This document shows, one piece after another, positions 9,740 through 20,773 of a stretch of DNA of 54,612 nt (its first letter is position 1; each line of letters starts with the position of its first letter). The DNA lies in the NCBI RefSeq assembly GCF_938045225.1, contig NZ_CALINL010000010.1, forward strand, positions 1 to 54,612, read 5' to 3'. The DNA is from an uncultured Campylobacter sp. GTDB taxonomy: Bacteria; Campylobacterota; Campylobacteria; Campylobacterales; Campylobacteraceae. The translations under genes were made by a program, and so were the position numbers. The notes below the pieces were generated by a model. That model searched no databases. It was not told where the DNA came from and saw only the letters and a program-made list of their open reading frames with translations.

Positions 9740-11007
9740 GATATAGGTTTATATTGCAATTAGCATCGGCTTCTACGATGCTAATTCTCATCATCTCCGT
9801 TCTTTTATATCAGTATATCAAGGTTACTATATACGAAAATATCTCACAGTCGCTAGCTTACGAAGCTAAAATTTTATCCACTAGCTCAAATTTATCTAAA
9901 ATAGAAAAACCTTTTGAGTATTTTACGCTAAACGACAGTCCGACTAAAGCAAAGCTCGTAAAGGGCAAGACCGTATCGCCTCATTTTGCAACTGAAAAAG
10001 TCGGACAAAAGACTCATTTGACGTTATTTTACCCGTATATGGAAGACATTAGTATCGCGCTAACCAAAGACACCACTCATCAAAGTAAACTTATAGATCA
10101 AATTTTAATCGACATCATCATAGTAAACGCTACGTCGATACTTCTGATTATTTTTTACGTGCTGTTTTTGTCGCGGATGCTGCTTGTGCCGATCAAAATT
10201 TTAAGCAGAAAAATGACGAATTTAAACGAGCGATTTTTGCAGGCGGTGAGCCTTGACGAGCTACCGCCCGAGTTTAAGCCGCTAGGCAAAAGCCTAAATC
10301 GCTTGATCGAGCGCATTCAGACGTTCGTACTCTATCAAAAGGAGCTTTTCGTCGGCGTCGCTCACGAGCTAAAAACGCCGCTTGCAGTGATGAAAACCAA
10401 AAACGAAGTTACGCTAATAAAACCACGTGAGAGCGAAAAATACATCGAAGCGCTCAAAAACAACAACGAAGCCATCAATCAAATGAACAAAATGATCGGC
10501 TCTATCCTGGAGATCGGGCGGCAGGAGGGCGCGCAGTTTGAGGAGGCCGTGCGCATCGATATCATCGAGTTTTTAAATCAATCTGCGAATAATTTTAAAA
10601 TTTTAGCTCGCGGCGAGGGCAAGGATATTGCGACCGATTTTGCTCCGAGCAGTCTTGAGATGACGCTACAAACGACGCTTTTAACGCACGTTATCCAAAA
10701 TTTCGTCCAAAATGCGATCAAATTTTCTCCTCGTGGCGCCGTGGTTACTCTACGCTCGCGCCTTAGCGAAAACGAATTTATCATCGAGGTCGTAGACGAG
10801 GGCTGCGGCATCGACGAGAGCAAGGACCTTTTTGCGCCGTTTAAGCGCTTCGGCGATAAGGGCGGAGCGGGACTCGGGCTATTTTTGGCCAAGGGCGCAG
10901 CTCAGGCTCTAGGCGGCTCGGTATCTATCAAAAACCGCACCGACGGCCGCAGCGGTGCGGTCTCAACCCTCACTCTAGCGATAAATAAAAATAATAAAGG
11001 CAAATAA
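9718..11007 (+). CDS. cosS: sensor histidine kinase (CosS-like)
   Basis: Two TM helices, AHELKTPL H-box, NAIKFS N-box, GAGLGL G2 box; overlaps the end of cosR. Confidence 0.85.
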   Translation: MLSQKSLRYRFILQLASASTMLILIISVLLYQYIKVTIYENISQSLAYEAKILSTSSNLSKIEKPFEYFTLNDSPTKAKLVKGKTVSPHFATEKVGQKTHLTLFYPYMEDISIALTKDTTHQSKLIDQILIDIIIVNATSILLIIFYVLFLSRMLLVPIKILSRKMTNLNERFLQAVSLDELPPEFKPLGKSLNRLIERIQTFVLYQKELFVGVAHELKTPLAVMKTKNEVTLIKPRESEKYIEALKNNNEAINQMNKMIGSILEIGRQEGAQFEEAVRIDIIEFLNQSANNFKILARGEGKDIATDFAPSSLEMTLQTTLLTHVIQNFVQNAIKFSPRGAVVTLRSRLSENEFIIEVVDEGCGIDESKDLFAPFKRFGDKGGAGLGLFLAKGAAQALGGSVSIKNRTDGRSGAVSTLTLAINKNNKGK

Positions 11008-12456
11008 ATGGCAAAACGAACCGCCGTCATAGATCTAGGCTCAAATTCGATGCGAATGGCGATTTTTGAGAAAACTTCGCGTTACGCGTTTCACATCATC
11101 GGCGAATTTAAGATGAAGGTGCGTCTGGGCGAGGGTGCGTACGAGCACGGCGGCGAGATAGCCCAAAAGTCGATGCAAAAGGCTTGCGAGGCGCTTAGCG
11201 AGTTTAAAAATATCGCACAAAAATACAAATGTTCGAAGATTTTCGCTATGGGTACCTCGGCTCTGCGTGACGCTCCGAATGCGGGCGAGCTCATAAGTAT
11301 GGCGCGCAAAGAGCTTGGGATAAATTTAAAGGTCGTTAGCGGCAAGGATGAAGCGACGTTTGGCGGCGTGGCGGCACTAAATTTGCTAGAACCCCTAGAG
11401 GAGTTCGTCACGCTTGATATCGGCGGAGGGTCTGCGGAGCTTGCGCTTGTTAGCGGCGGCAAGATAATAGATGCCGTGTCGTTAAATTTAGGCACCGTGC
11501 GGCTAAAAGAGCTGTTTTTCGATAAGAAAAATTTAAACGCCGCAGCGCCTTTTATCAAAGAGGCATTTAAAAGCTTGCCTAAAAACTTTAAAAGCAAAAA
11601 CCTAGTCGCCATCGGCGGTAGCCTGCGCGCGATATCTTCGGCCATCATGTCGGCGCAAGACTATCCGCTAAAAACCGTGCACAACTTTGCCTACAAATTT
11701 CAAAACCACAAAAACTTCATCGAAAATTTAGCCCGAGCGAGCGTGCTGGAGCTTGGGAAATTTGGCATAAAAAAAGATCGCTTCGATACGATTAGAGAAG
11801 GCGCGCTCATATTTTTGGGCGCAGTGGATGCTGTGGGTGCGCAAAACATCTATACTAGCGGCGCGGGCTTTAGAGAGGGCGTGTTTTTGAGCGATATCTT
11901 GCGCCCGACGCGTAAATTTCCGCCGAATTTTAACCCGAGTGTGAGGAGCTTGCAGGATAGATTTTTGCTAGATGACAACAAGATGATCGTAAAATACGCA
12001 AAAGACCTCTTTGCCGCGCTAGAGCCGCTGCATGGGCTTGAGGAGCGATACGAGAGCGAGCTGGCGGTCGCCGCTAGATTGCATAGCGTGGCGCAGTGTT
12101 TGGGATTTTACGGCGAGCACGCTAGCTCGGCGTTTTTTGTGTTAAATGCCCTAAACTACGGCTTTTCGCATGCGCAAAAATGTCTAGTCGCCGCGATCAT
12201 CGCACAAAATGGCAAGAAAACCTCGAGCGAATTTGAGCGATTTAAAAACCTGCTACCGAGCGAAGACGTCGTGCGCTGGCTAAGCTTCATCCTTGCGCTT
12301 GCTAAAAATCTCGATGCAAACTGCGCGCATAAGAAGCTGGAGTTTGAGTTTATTAACCACACTTTGCAAATTTGCGGCGCTAAGGAGCTGTTTATGGCAA
12401 AGGAAAATATAAAAAAGATGACCAAGCCGGATACTTTTGCGATCTGTTTTGCGTGA
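11008..12456 (+). CDS. ppx: Ppx/GppA exopolyphosphatase
   Basis: IDLGSNSMR, GTSALRDAPN and DIGGGSAE motifs. Confidence 0.93.
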   Translation: MAKRTAVIDLGSNSMRMAIFEKTSRYAFHIIGEFKMKVRLGEGAYEHGGEIAQKSMQKACEALSEFKNIAQKYKCSKIFAMGTSALRDAPNAGELISMARKELGINLKVVSGKDEATFGGVAALNLLEPLEEFVTLDIGGGSAELALVSGGKIIDAVSLNLGTVRLKELFFDKKNLNAAAPFIKEAFKSLPKNFKSKNLVAIGGSLRAISSAIMSAQDYPLKTVHNFAYKFQNHKNFIENLARASVLELGKFGIKKDRFDTIREGALIFLGAVDAVGAQNIYTSGAGFREGVFLSDILRPTRKFPPNFNPSVRSLQDRFLLDDNKMIVKYAKDLFAALEPLHGLEERYESELAVAARLHSVAQCLGFYGEHASSAFFVLNALNYGFSHAQKCLVAAIIAQNGKKTSSEFERFKNLLPSEDVVRWLSFILALAKNLDANCAHKKLEFEFINHTLQICGAKELFMAKENIKKMTKPDTFAICFA

Positions 12457-12469
12457 AATTTGTTGGAGG

Positions 12470-12504
12470 AATTTGATGAAATTTGCGGTAAATTTCATCA
12501 AATT
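12470..12504. terminator. 15-bp perfect inverted repeat between convergent genes
   Basis: AATTTGATGAAATTT-GCGGT-AAATTTCATCAAATT. Confidence 0.65.
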
Positions 12505-12518
12505 TTAAAAAGGCGAAT

Positions 12519-13457
12519 CTAGTCTATACTCGCCTTATCCTTGTACGCGTCTAGCGTTTGGCGGTTTTCGATGTAGGCGTTTAGCTTTTTTTGATTTTCC
12601 TCAAAAAAGCTCTGGAAATCCTGCTCGCTCGTCATCTGTTCTTCGCCGAATTTATCCAAAAGAACGTTTGAGGTACCCGTTAGCACGAGATAGCGTCTAT
12701 CAAGGTGCTGAAAAAGAACGACTTTATTCGTATCGTCAAGTGGTTTTTCGTAGATTATCTCCACGCCTTCGTCGCTTTTTACCTTCTCAAACCAGCCGTT
12801 CTCGCGTTTTGTTTTTCGTATTGTTTGCTTATTTTTTAGCTTTGCCTTGATGACCAAAAGCACGACTAAAAGTAGCGCCAAAACGCCCAAAACCGAGTAA
12901 TATCTATAATCGATCATGTCGCTCATACTCTGCGTCATAAAATTTACGTCGCCGTTTTGCGCGCCCAAATTTAGGCTAGCACCTTGAGCAGATGCGGTCA
13001 AATTTGATGCGTTTTGATCGCCGGATAAATTCGTCGCTTCGGTTATATTTTCTCTAGTTTCTTGCGGCGAGAGCACAGTTGCGGCGGCTGAGTTTGCCGC
13101 ATTTTCAGGCGTCACGCGTATGCGCAGGCCAAAGCCGTCGGTGGTTTTTGACGCGCTCACGGCCACCTGAGTGTCGCTTTTTATCACGAGGGCTAAATTT
13201 TGGCCTCTAGGCTCAAACAAAAGCTCTTGCAGTATGCTTGAATTTACGCTTTTTTCTATATTTTGATCGTTTTGTAGGTCTTTAAAGAGTAGGGTTATAG
13301 CGCCGTCCTTGCGCTCTTGCAGGATCGCTCCGCTATAAGGCGCATCAAAGCTAAGCATGATATCGACGCGGTCGCTACGCTCGTAGACGTTATATGTGGA
13401 TAAATTTGAACCCCAAAGCGCTATGAAAAGCAGCGAAAGCGCCGCGAAAATCCTCAT
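12519..13457 (-). CDS. flagella-associated membrane protein (FliO-like, Cj0352-like)
   Basis: N-terminal signal, central TM helix, FliO-like C-terminal region; directly downstream of fliN. Confidence 0.65.
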   Translation of the reverse strand: MRIFAALSLLFIALWGSNLSTYNVYERSDRVDIMLSFDAPYSGAILQERKDGAITLLFKDLQNDQNIEKSVNSSILQELLFEPRGQNLALVIKSDTQVAVSASKTTDGFGLRIRVTPENAANSAAATVLSPQETRENITEATNLSGDQNASNLTASAQGASLNLGAQNGDVNFMTQSMSDMIDYRYYSVLGVLALLLVVLLVIKAKLKNKQTIRKTKRENGWFEKVKSDEGVEIIYEKPLDDTNKVVLFQHLDRRYLVLTGTSNVLLDKFGEEQMTSEQDFQSFFEENQKKLNAYIENRQTLDAYKDKASID

Positions 13458-13810
13458 AGTTGCTCTCGTTTAAAGTACTGGATGACGGATTTTGAGTCGA
13501 GGATTTCATTTATCCTGATGGCGAGGTTTTTTTCGTAGACCATTACTTCGCCCTTGCCGAAAATTCGGTTGTTTATAAAAAGCTCCACGCTCTCGCCGGC
13601 AGGCTTTTCTAGGTCGATCACCGAGCCTACTTCAAGCTTTAAGAGCTGCTTTACGCTAATAGTCGTCGTGCCTAGCTCCGAGATAAAATCCACTCCGATA
13701 TCCATCAGCTCGTCGTAGCTTTTAAAAAGCCCGCCGCGCTCTCGCAACATCTCCTGAACCCCTTGCAACGCCGTTTCTACGGCATTTATCTCTTGTAGTT
13801 CTTCGCTCAT
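13454..13810 (-). CDS. fliN: flagellar motor switch protein FliN
   Basis: SpoA domain (ELGTT...LEVGSVIDLEKPAGESVELFIN...GKGEV). Confidence 0.93.
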   Translation of the reverse strand: MSEELQEINAVETALQGVQEMLRERGGLFKSYDELMDIGVDFISELGTTTISVKQLLKLEVGSVIDLEKPAGESVELFINNRIFGKGEVMVYEKNLAIRINEILDSKSVIQYFKREQL

Positions 13811-14226
13811 GCTTTTTTGTATCCTACTTGAAATGTTCTATTTTTGATCTTATAGACGCGTTTGTCATCTAGTTTGACGTGAAAGCTCGTCCTACCTAGA
13901 TACTCGGGAGTGCCTAGTTTATAGGCGTTTGCTTCGCGTTCGTTGAGTAGATTTTTAGCGTAGCCGATTGCGAGATTTGCCACCTCTTTGCAGATGTCGC
14001 TTAGCTCGTCTTCGGCTAGTTTATCGACGCCAAGGAGCACGCTAGCAAAGCGGTTTAGCGTATCTTTTTTAAAATAAAGATAAAAATGAAACTCCTCTTT
14101 GCTCTTAGAAATCGGTAAGCTCGAGCCATAAAATTCGCCTTCCGCGCTCTTTGCGCTCTCTACCTTGTAGCCCAGGGTATCCTCGCACAGATGCTTGATC
14201 CCAAGCTCCGCAACGTCCATCATCAC
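13807..14226 (-). CDS. CheX-like protein (Cj0350-like)
   Basis: KEVANLAIGYAK resembles the CheC/CheX ExxN motif; lies upstream of fliN. Confidence 0.6.
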   Translation of the reverse strand: MMMDVAELGIKHLCEDTLGYKVESAKSAEGEFYGSSLPISKSKEEFHFYLYFKKDTLNRFASVLLGVDKLAEDELSDICKEVANLAIGYAKNLLNEREANAYKLGTPEYLGRTSFHVKLDDKRVYKIKNRTFQVGYKKA

Positions 14227-14285
14227 GCCGTCCTTTAAACGAAATTTTTTGATTATACTTAAATTTAACGCAAACGCGGCTAAAT

Positions 14286-15027
14286 TTAAAAAAGTTTATT
14301 GATTTGCTTTATCAGCTCTTCGCCCTCAAATTTGGCCGTGAGCTTTACTATCTCGGTCCCGATTATCGCGCCGTCGGCATAGGTTTTTACCTCGTCGGCG
14401 TCGTTTTTATTTTTCACGCCAAAGCCCACCGCGACAGGCAGATCACTTCTTTTTTTTAGATCCTCTACGAGCGCTTTTAGTCTCTCCTCGCTAGCTCGCT
14501 GCGAGCCGCTCACGCCGATAGCGCCGAGCGCGTAGATAAAGCCCGAGCCGAATTTTAAAATTTTATCCGCTCGGTTTTGTGAGGTGACGCTGATTAGCGG
14601 GATGAGATCAAGGCCAAATTTAGCGCACAGTCCCGCTACCTCCTCGCTCTCCTCAAACGGCAGATCGGGGATGATAAAGCCAGCTATACCGACCTCTTTT
14701 GAGCGAGCGATAAAATTCTCTACGCCGTAAGCAAACACGATGTTAAAATACACTAAAAACACGACCGGTTTATTTATCTTGCCTTTGCACTCTTCTAGCA
14801 TGGAAAATACCGTGCCTGTATTTACGCCCTTTGCGGCGGTTTCAAAGCTAGCTTGCGCGATGAGTTTGCCGTCTGCTAGTGGATCGGAGTATGGGATACC
14901 AAGCTCTAGTAGATCCAGGCAGCTGCTGTCTAAATTTAATAAAAACTCCTTCGTCGCTTCTACGCTAGGATATCCCGCCACGACGTAGCCGATGTTTGCT
15001 TTTTTGCCCGCGAACGCGTCTTTTACC

Positions 15028-15035
<8 letters not shown>
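14286..15035 (-). CDS. trpA: tryptophan synthase alpha subunit
   Basis: [13 protein letters not shown] and VAVGFGV motifs. Confidence 0.97.
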
Positions 15036-16209
<1,174 letters not shown>

Positions 16210-16233
16210 CGGTATCCTTTAAATTTTCGTTCT

Positions 16234-16242
16234 ATTTTAGCA
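16234..16242 (-). promoter_or_regulatory. extended -10 (TGcTAAAAT) upstream of trpBA
   Basis: Minus strand reads TGCTAAAAT about 25 nt before the trpB ATG, followed by an AAGGA RBS. Confidence 0.55.
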
Positions 16243-16420
16243 TTTTAAGTTTTTATTAGGCTTATTTTACGGTATTTTTAGCGCGCGTAAATTTGAATTT
16301 AGGGTAAAAAACGATATGATTCCAAATATGTTACGGCGATATAAAAAAGCGGCTTTCGGTCAAATTTGGTAAGCGAGTCAAGAGGTATTTAAGACGAAAT
16401 AAAAACCAAAGGATAAAGTT

Positions 16421-18043
16421 ATGGGCGCCATAAAAGAAGCATTAAATAAAAATAAAATTTGGGCCGGCGGTTTGGCTGCCGTTTTCGGCGGTATTTCCGA
16501 CATTTGTCAGCCGATCGCTCTTTTTGCGAAGTATCTATTTTGTGCTAGCATAATTATCACTTGCGTCCTATTTTTGGCTTATATCGGGCTATCTAGATTA
16601 AGGCAAAGGGTTTTGCCGATCATGGTGTTTACGAGTCTAAGCATAATCGCCACCGGCTCCATGTACGGACTGCAAAGCGCGGAAGAAAAAGGTAGCGAAA
16701 ACGGCTACTTGGCAAGCATCATACCGCCGCTTGAAAAAATTTAAAATTCGCTCGGCATGATTAAAAAAGATACTGGCGAGATCAAGCAGACGGTAACCGA
16801 GATAAAAGAAGATAGCAAAAATATAAAATCCGCTATACAAAACGTTGATACGAAAATAGACAAGTTAAGCGAAAATATCGGCAACGGCGGCGGCATCATC
16901 GCAAATCCGAAAACGCAAGAGGATTATTATCATAATGCCAGGATTTACGAACTTGGCGGAGATTACGGAAATGCGAGAAAATCGTATGTAAAATATTTTT
17001 CGTTTAGCGAACGCAAACTAGATCCGCATTTAAGATTTCAGTCGTTTTTAAAGATCCAAGAGGGCAAAGCCGGCGCAAAAGAAATTTACAACGAAATGTT
17101 TAAAAACGATGACGTTTTGATCGATAGTTACGCCAAAATTCTACTCGAAGACGGAAAACAAAAAACAGAGAAACTAACAAATTTCGTTAAGCAAAATCCA
17201 GATTTTGCGCCGGCTTACTACGAGCTGGCGCGTGCATACTCAAAGGCCGTTTTAGGGGATCAAACGATGTCCGATAAAAAGCTGGAAAAAGAGTATGCGG
17301 ATAAATTTTTAAAGCTGAACGAAGAGGGAAAATTAGCGCGCTACTTTACCGATAAAGACGAGCTAAACGCCCAGATAAAATATATCTACGAGCGTAAAAC
17401 GGAGCTGGATAAAATCAGTCAAAGTATCTTTGAAAATCCGGTAACGATCGAGAGGATACATACCAATCAGGGCTATCAAATAGTAGCGAACATTTCAGAC
17501 AAACCGACTGAAATTTTTTACCGTATAGACGGGCAGGGGGAGTTTATCAGCACCGGGTATTTTGATATAGTTTACCAAGATAGCGGCGAAAAGAAGCCTA
17601 AAAACTGGTTTGGATTGCCGGACGACGCGCAAGTCGTAAAAGAGTATATAGAGTTTAAATACAAAGACCGAAACGGCAATATAAACGGCCCTTTTAAGTA
17701 CGAATGGTACAAAAAGCTACCAAGCGGCGAGATACTAGACCCAAAAGCCGAAAGCGATATAAAGATGCTCAAACAAACCTTGAGCTACTGGCTATCTAAC
17801 GGCGGCCGTAAAGATATAGTTTATTTCACGCACATCCTCTCGTACGGCGACGGCGTGGAAAAGATCGTTTACGGTATCAACAAAGACGTTCCCGATACCG
17901 AGCTACCAAAGCCGTACAATGTAAAAGCGGATGCTGATAATATATACAAAGAAGCGCCAAATATCCAAAAAGTATCCGTGCAAATTTATTTTAAGGACGA
18001 TACGAAAAGCGATGTGAAGATTTTTAATTTTAAAAGAGAGTAA
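16421..18043 (+). pseudogene. membrane-anchored coiled-coil/TPR-like protein broken by an in-frame TAA at 16742-16744
   Basis: ORFs 16421-16744 and 16757-18043 share a frame ([11 protein letters not shown]). N-terminal TM helices, heptad repeats and TPR-like segments ([14 protein letters not shown]). Confidence 0.75.
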
Positions 18044-18049
18044 AGCGGT

Positions 18050-18088
18050 AAAAGTCGGTTTTACGCGGTTGTTTTAAAGCCGACTTTT
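18050..18088. terminator. bidirectional terminator between the inserted gene and trpF
   Basis: AAAAGTCGGTTTTA / TAAAGCCGACTTTT stem. Confidence 0.7.
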
Positions 18089-18115
18089 TATTATCCTGCT
18101 TTTGCTTTTGAAAAT

Positions 18116-18715
18116 TTACGCCTTTATCAGCTCCAAAATTTTCTTTATTTTGTCGACCGATTTTATACCGTTTTCGTCCTCGACTTTTGAGTTTAGATCG
18201 AGCACTCGCGGGTTAAATTTGATTGCTTCGTGCGCGTTGTGCTCTCCGATACCGCCCGCCATGCCGAAATCAAATTTGACCGCACGCAAAATTTCCCAAT
18301 CAAAGCTAATACCGTTGCCGCCGGCATTTTCGCCTTTGCAGTCAAAAAGCGGCATATCGCAAAGCGCGGTATCTACTGTAGGAAGCGCATCTAGCACGCT
18401 ATAGACGCGCCAAACCTCTAGCCCCATCGCCTTTAAATTTTCGTACAAATTTGAGCTAACCTCGCCGTGGATCTGCGCGACGTCAAGCGAGACAAATTCG
18501 CAGATTTCCATTATCTCGCAGTCGCTTTGCCCGGCAAAAACGCCGACGCATTTTTTGCCGACCGCATGCACGATGTCCGCTATCTCGCGCGCCGTCTGAG
18601 TGCTTACTTGACGTTTGCTTTTAGCAAATATCGCGCCTAAAAAATCAACGTCCAAACTCGCCACGTCGCGCGCCTCAGCAGGCGTTTTGATACCGCAAAT
18701 TTTAACCAGCGTCAC
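18116..18715 (-). CDS. trpF: phosphoribosylanthranilate isomerase
   Basis: VKICGIK, QIHG, GGNGISFDW and AGGI motifs. Confidence 0.95.
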   Translation of the reverse strand: MTLVKICGIKTPAEARDVASLDVDFLGAIFAKSKRQVSTQTAREIADIVHAVGKKCVGVFAGQSDCEIMEICEFVSLDVAQIHGEVSSNLYENLKAMGLEVWRVYSVLDALPTVDTALCDMPLFDCKGENAGGNGISFDWEILRAVKFDFGMAGGIGEHNAHEAIKFNPRVLDLNSKVEDENGIKSVDKIKKILELIKA

Positions 18716-20325
18716 GCTTCGCCTCGTATGTAGTCCTCGAAGTAGCGATAAACTTTACCGCTTTTTATCGCGTTCAGGATGACCTCTTTTGCCTGCGCGG
18801 GGCTATCCGCGACGCCTGCCGCATATAGCGCAAACATCGCGTTTAGCACGACGACGTCAAATTTCGGTCCGTCCAGCTCGCCTTTTAAAATTTGCTTTAA
18901 AATTTCGGCGTTTTGCTCAGGCGTGCCGCCCTCGATCTCGCTGTGAAACGCCCGTTTGAAGCCAAACTGCTCGGGCGTGATGCTGTACTCGCTGATCTGT
19001 CCGCCTCGTAGCTCCACGACGCGCGTCTCATCGCATAGACTGATCTCGTCAAGTCCGTCCTCGCCGCGAACTACCAGCGCTCGCTCGCGTCCTAGTAGCT
19101 GTAGCGTCTCGGCGTAGAGGCGCAAAACGGGCTTATGATAGACGCCTACGAGCTGATTTTTGAGCGCTAAATTTGGATTTAGCAGCGGGCCAAGTACGTT
19201 AAAAACCGTGCGGATACCTAGGCGCTGGCGCACTTCGCCCACTTCGCCCACTAACGGATGGAAAAAGGGCGCATGGAAAAAGGCTAAATTTTTATCGTTT
19301 AGTAGCTCGCGCTGTCGCAGGAGCGAATTTGAGCTATGAACGCCCAAAATTTCCAGCACGTCCGAGCTGCCCGATTTGCTAGAAACGGCCTTATTGCCGT
19401 GCTTTGCGACTTTGACGCCAAGGCTTGCGAGGATAAACGCGACGGTCGTCGAGATATTTATCGTTTTAAAGCCGTCGCCGCCCGTGCCGCAAAGGTCGAT
19501 CATCGGCGAAGGATCGCGGTATGTTTGCGAGTATTTTAGGATGTTTTTAGCCAGGCTTGCTAGGCTTTGCGGATAGAGGCTTTTTTCGCTGATTAGCACC
19601 AAAAGTGCGGCTAGCTGCGTGATCTCGTACTCTTTGCTCGCGATGATTTCGCAAATTTGCTCAAAGTCGCGGTCGTCCAGGCGCTCGTTTTCTTGTAGTT
19701 TGATTAGAAACGGCTTGAGCGGGCGGATTTTAGGCTCTTTGGCGACTTCGGCCGCAGGCGTGGCTTCGTAGTTGATGAAATTTTCGATGATTTTTTTGCC
19801 GTACTGCGTGAAGTAGCTCTCTGGGTGAAACTGGATACCGAAAATCGGCCTGTCTCTCACGCTAAGCGCCATCACCACGCCGTCCTCGCTCACGGCTGTG
19901 GCCTGCAAATTTGACGGTAGCTCGTCCACGTAAAGCGAGTGGTAGCGCATGACCTCAAATTCGTCCGGCAGTCCCGTAAATAACGGCTCTTTGCGGCTGA
20001 CTTTTATGAGCGAAGTTTTGCCGTGATAGGGCTTTTCTAGGCGTTTGATCTTTGCGCCGTAAACGAGTCCGATCGCCTGATGTCCGAGGCAGATACCAAG
20101 GATCGGCGCGGCGATGTCGCTTCGTAAAATCTCTAAACAAATGCCGCTATCTTGCGGGTGTTTTGGGCCCGGGCTTAGCACGATTTTGCTCGGATTTAGC
20201 CTGCGGATCTCATCCAGGGTAATCTTGTCGTTGCGCACGCAGCGCACTTCCTCGTCGGTTAGTTCGCGTAGATACTGCTCTACGTTGAATACGAAACTGT
20301 CGTAGTTGTCTATCAATAAAATCAT
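18712..20325 (-). CDS. trpD: fused anthranilate synthase component II / anthranilate phosphoribosyltransferase (TrpG-TrpD)
   Basis: IDNYDSF, GICLGHQ and QFHPES (GATase), then DLCGTGGDG and KHGNKAVSSKSGS (TrpD). Confidence 0.95.
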   Translation of the reverse strand: MILLIDNYDSFVFNVEQYLRELTDEEVRCVRNDKITLDEIRRLNPSKIVLSPGPKHPQDSGICLEILRSDIAAPILGICLGHQAIGLVYGAKIKRLEKPYHGKTSLIKVSRKEPLFTGLPDEFEVMRYHSLYVDELPSNLQATAVSEDGVVMALSVRDRPIFGIQFHPESYFTQYGKKIIENFINYEATPAAEVAKEPKIRPLKPFLIKLQENERLDDRDFEQICEIIASKEYEITQLAALLVLISEKSLYPQSLASLAKNILKYSQTYRDPSPMIDLCGTGGDGFKTINISTTVAFILASLGVKVAKHGNKAVSSKSGSSDVLEILGVHSSNSLLRQRELLNDKNLAFFHAPFFHPLVGEVGEVRQRLGIRTVFNVLGPLLNPNLALKNQLVGVYHKPVLRLYAETLQLLGRERALVVRGEDGLDEISLCDETRVVELRGGQISEYSITPEQFGFKRAFHSEIEGGTPEQNAEILKQILKGELDGPKFDVVVLNAMFALYAAGVADSPAQAKEVILNAIKSGKVYRYFEDYIRGEA

Positions 20326-20341
20326 TTCTTTCCTTTTGTAC

Positions 20342-20480
20342 GGCTTGTCTTTTTCCTTTATACTTCGTTGGATTTAAATTTTACTCGGTCACTACCGACG
20401 AGGTAGCTCCCGTCGTAAAATTTAAATCCGCCTCGTCTAAAGGAAAAATACTTCGCCTTATCGTTTTATATTCAAATTTG
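20342..20480 (+). repeat. dispersed ~140-bp palindromic repeat, copy 2
   Basis: Near-identical to 7758-7897; perfect 15-bp arms GGATTTAAATTTTAC / GTAAAATTTAAATCC. Confidence 0.9.
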
Positions 20481-20537
20481 AAGCCAAATTTACCCACCGA
20501 GACCCGCACCTTGAAAATGTTAAATTTTGTCTCTAAA

Positions 20538-20772
20538 AAATTTTTAAAATTTTACGACCGAAAAGCTTTCGCCTCCAAATTTCGTGCTAAGCGTTAGCGA
20601 AGCCGAAATTTGGTAGGTAACCGCTTTGAGCGAGTAATATTTTAAAAATTTACTTTCTGTAAAACTGAATTTTTGGGAGAGGAAGGGGGTTCTACTTACG
20701 AAGCGTCGCCCCTTCCTCTCCCAAGCCCTCTCTAACACCACTGCACGTGAGAGGTTGCTGCACTACGTGCAG
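20538..20772. repeat. cluster of three further long palindromes (REP-like mosaic)
   Basis: 20538-20651: 18-bp arms with one mismatch and an inner CCAAATTTCG/CGAAATTTGG stem. 20673-20724: perfect 16-bp TTGGGAGAGGAAGGGG/CCCCTTCCTCTCCCAA. 20741-20772: CTGCACGT/ACGTGCAG. Confidence 0.8.
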
Positions 20773-20773
20773 G

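Noticed and set aside
11091..11648. Long antisense ORFs (also 38465-38950, 46537-47118, 41318-41677 and others)
   Set aside because: They shadow well-supported genes and have no recognisable motifs.
16742..16744. Programmed read-through or selenocysteine at in-frame stops (also 25987 and 45070)
   Set aside because: The stops are TAA or TAG, not TGA, and each is one substitution from a plausible sense codon.
20544..20741. 65-aa minus-strand ORF between trpE and trpGD
   Set aside because: It lies wholly within the hairpin mosaic and is probably a chance ORF.
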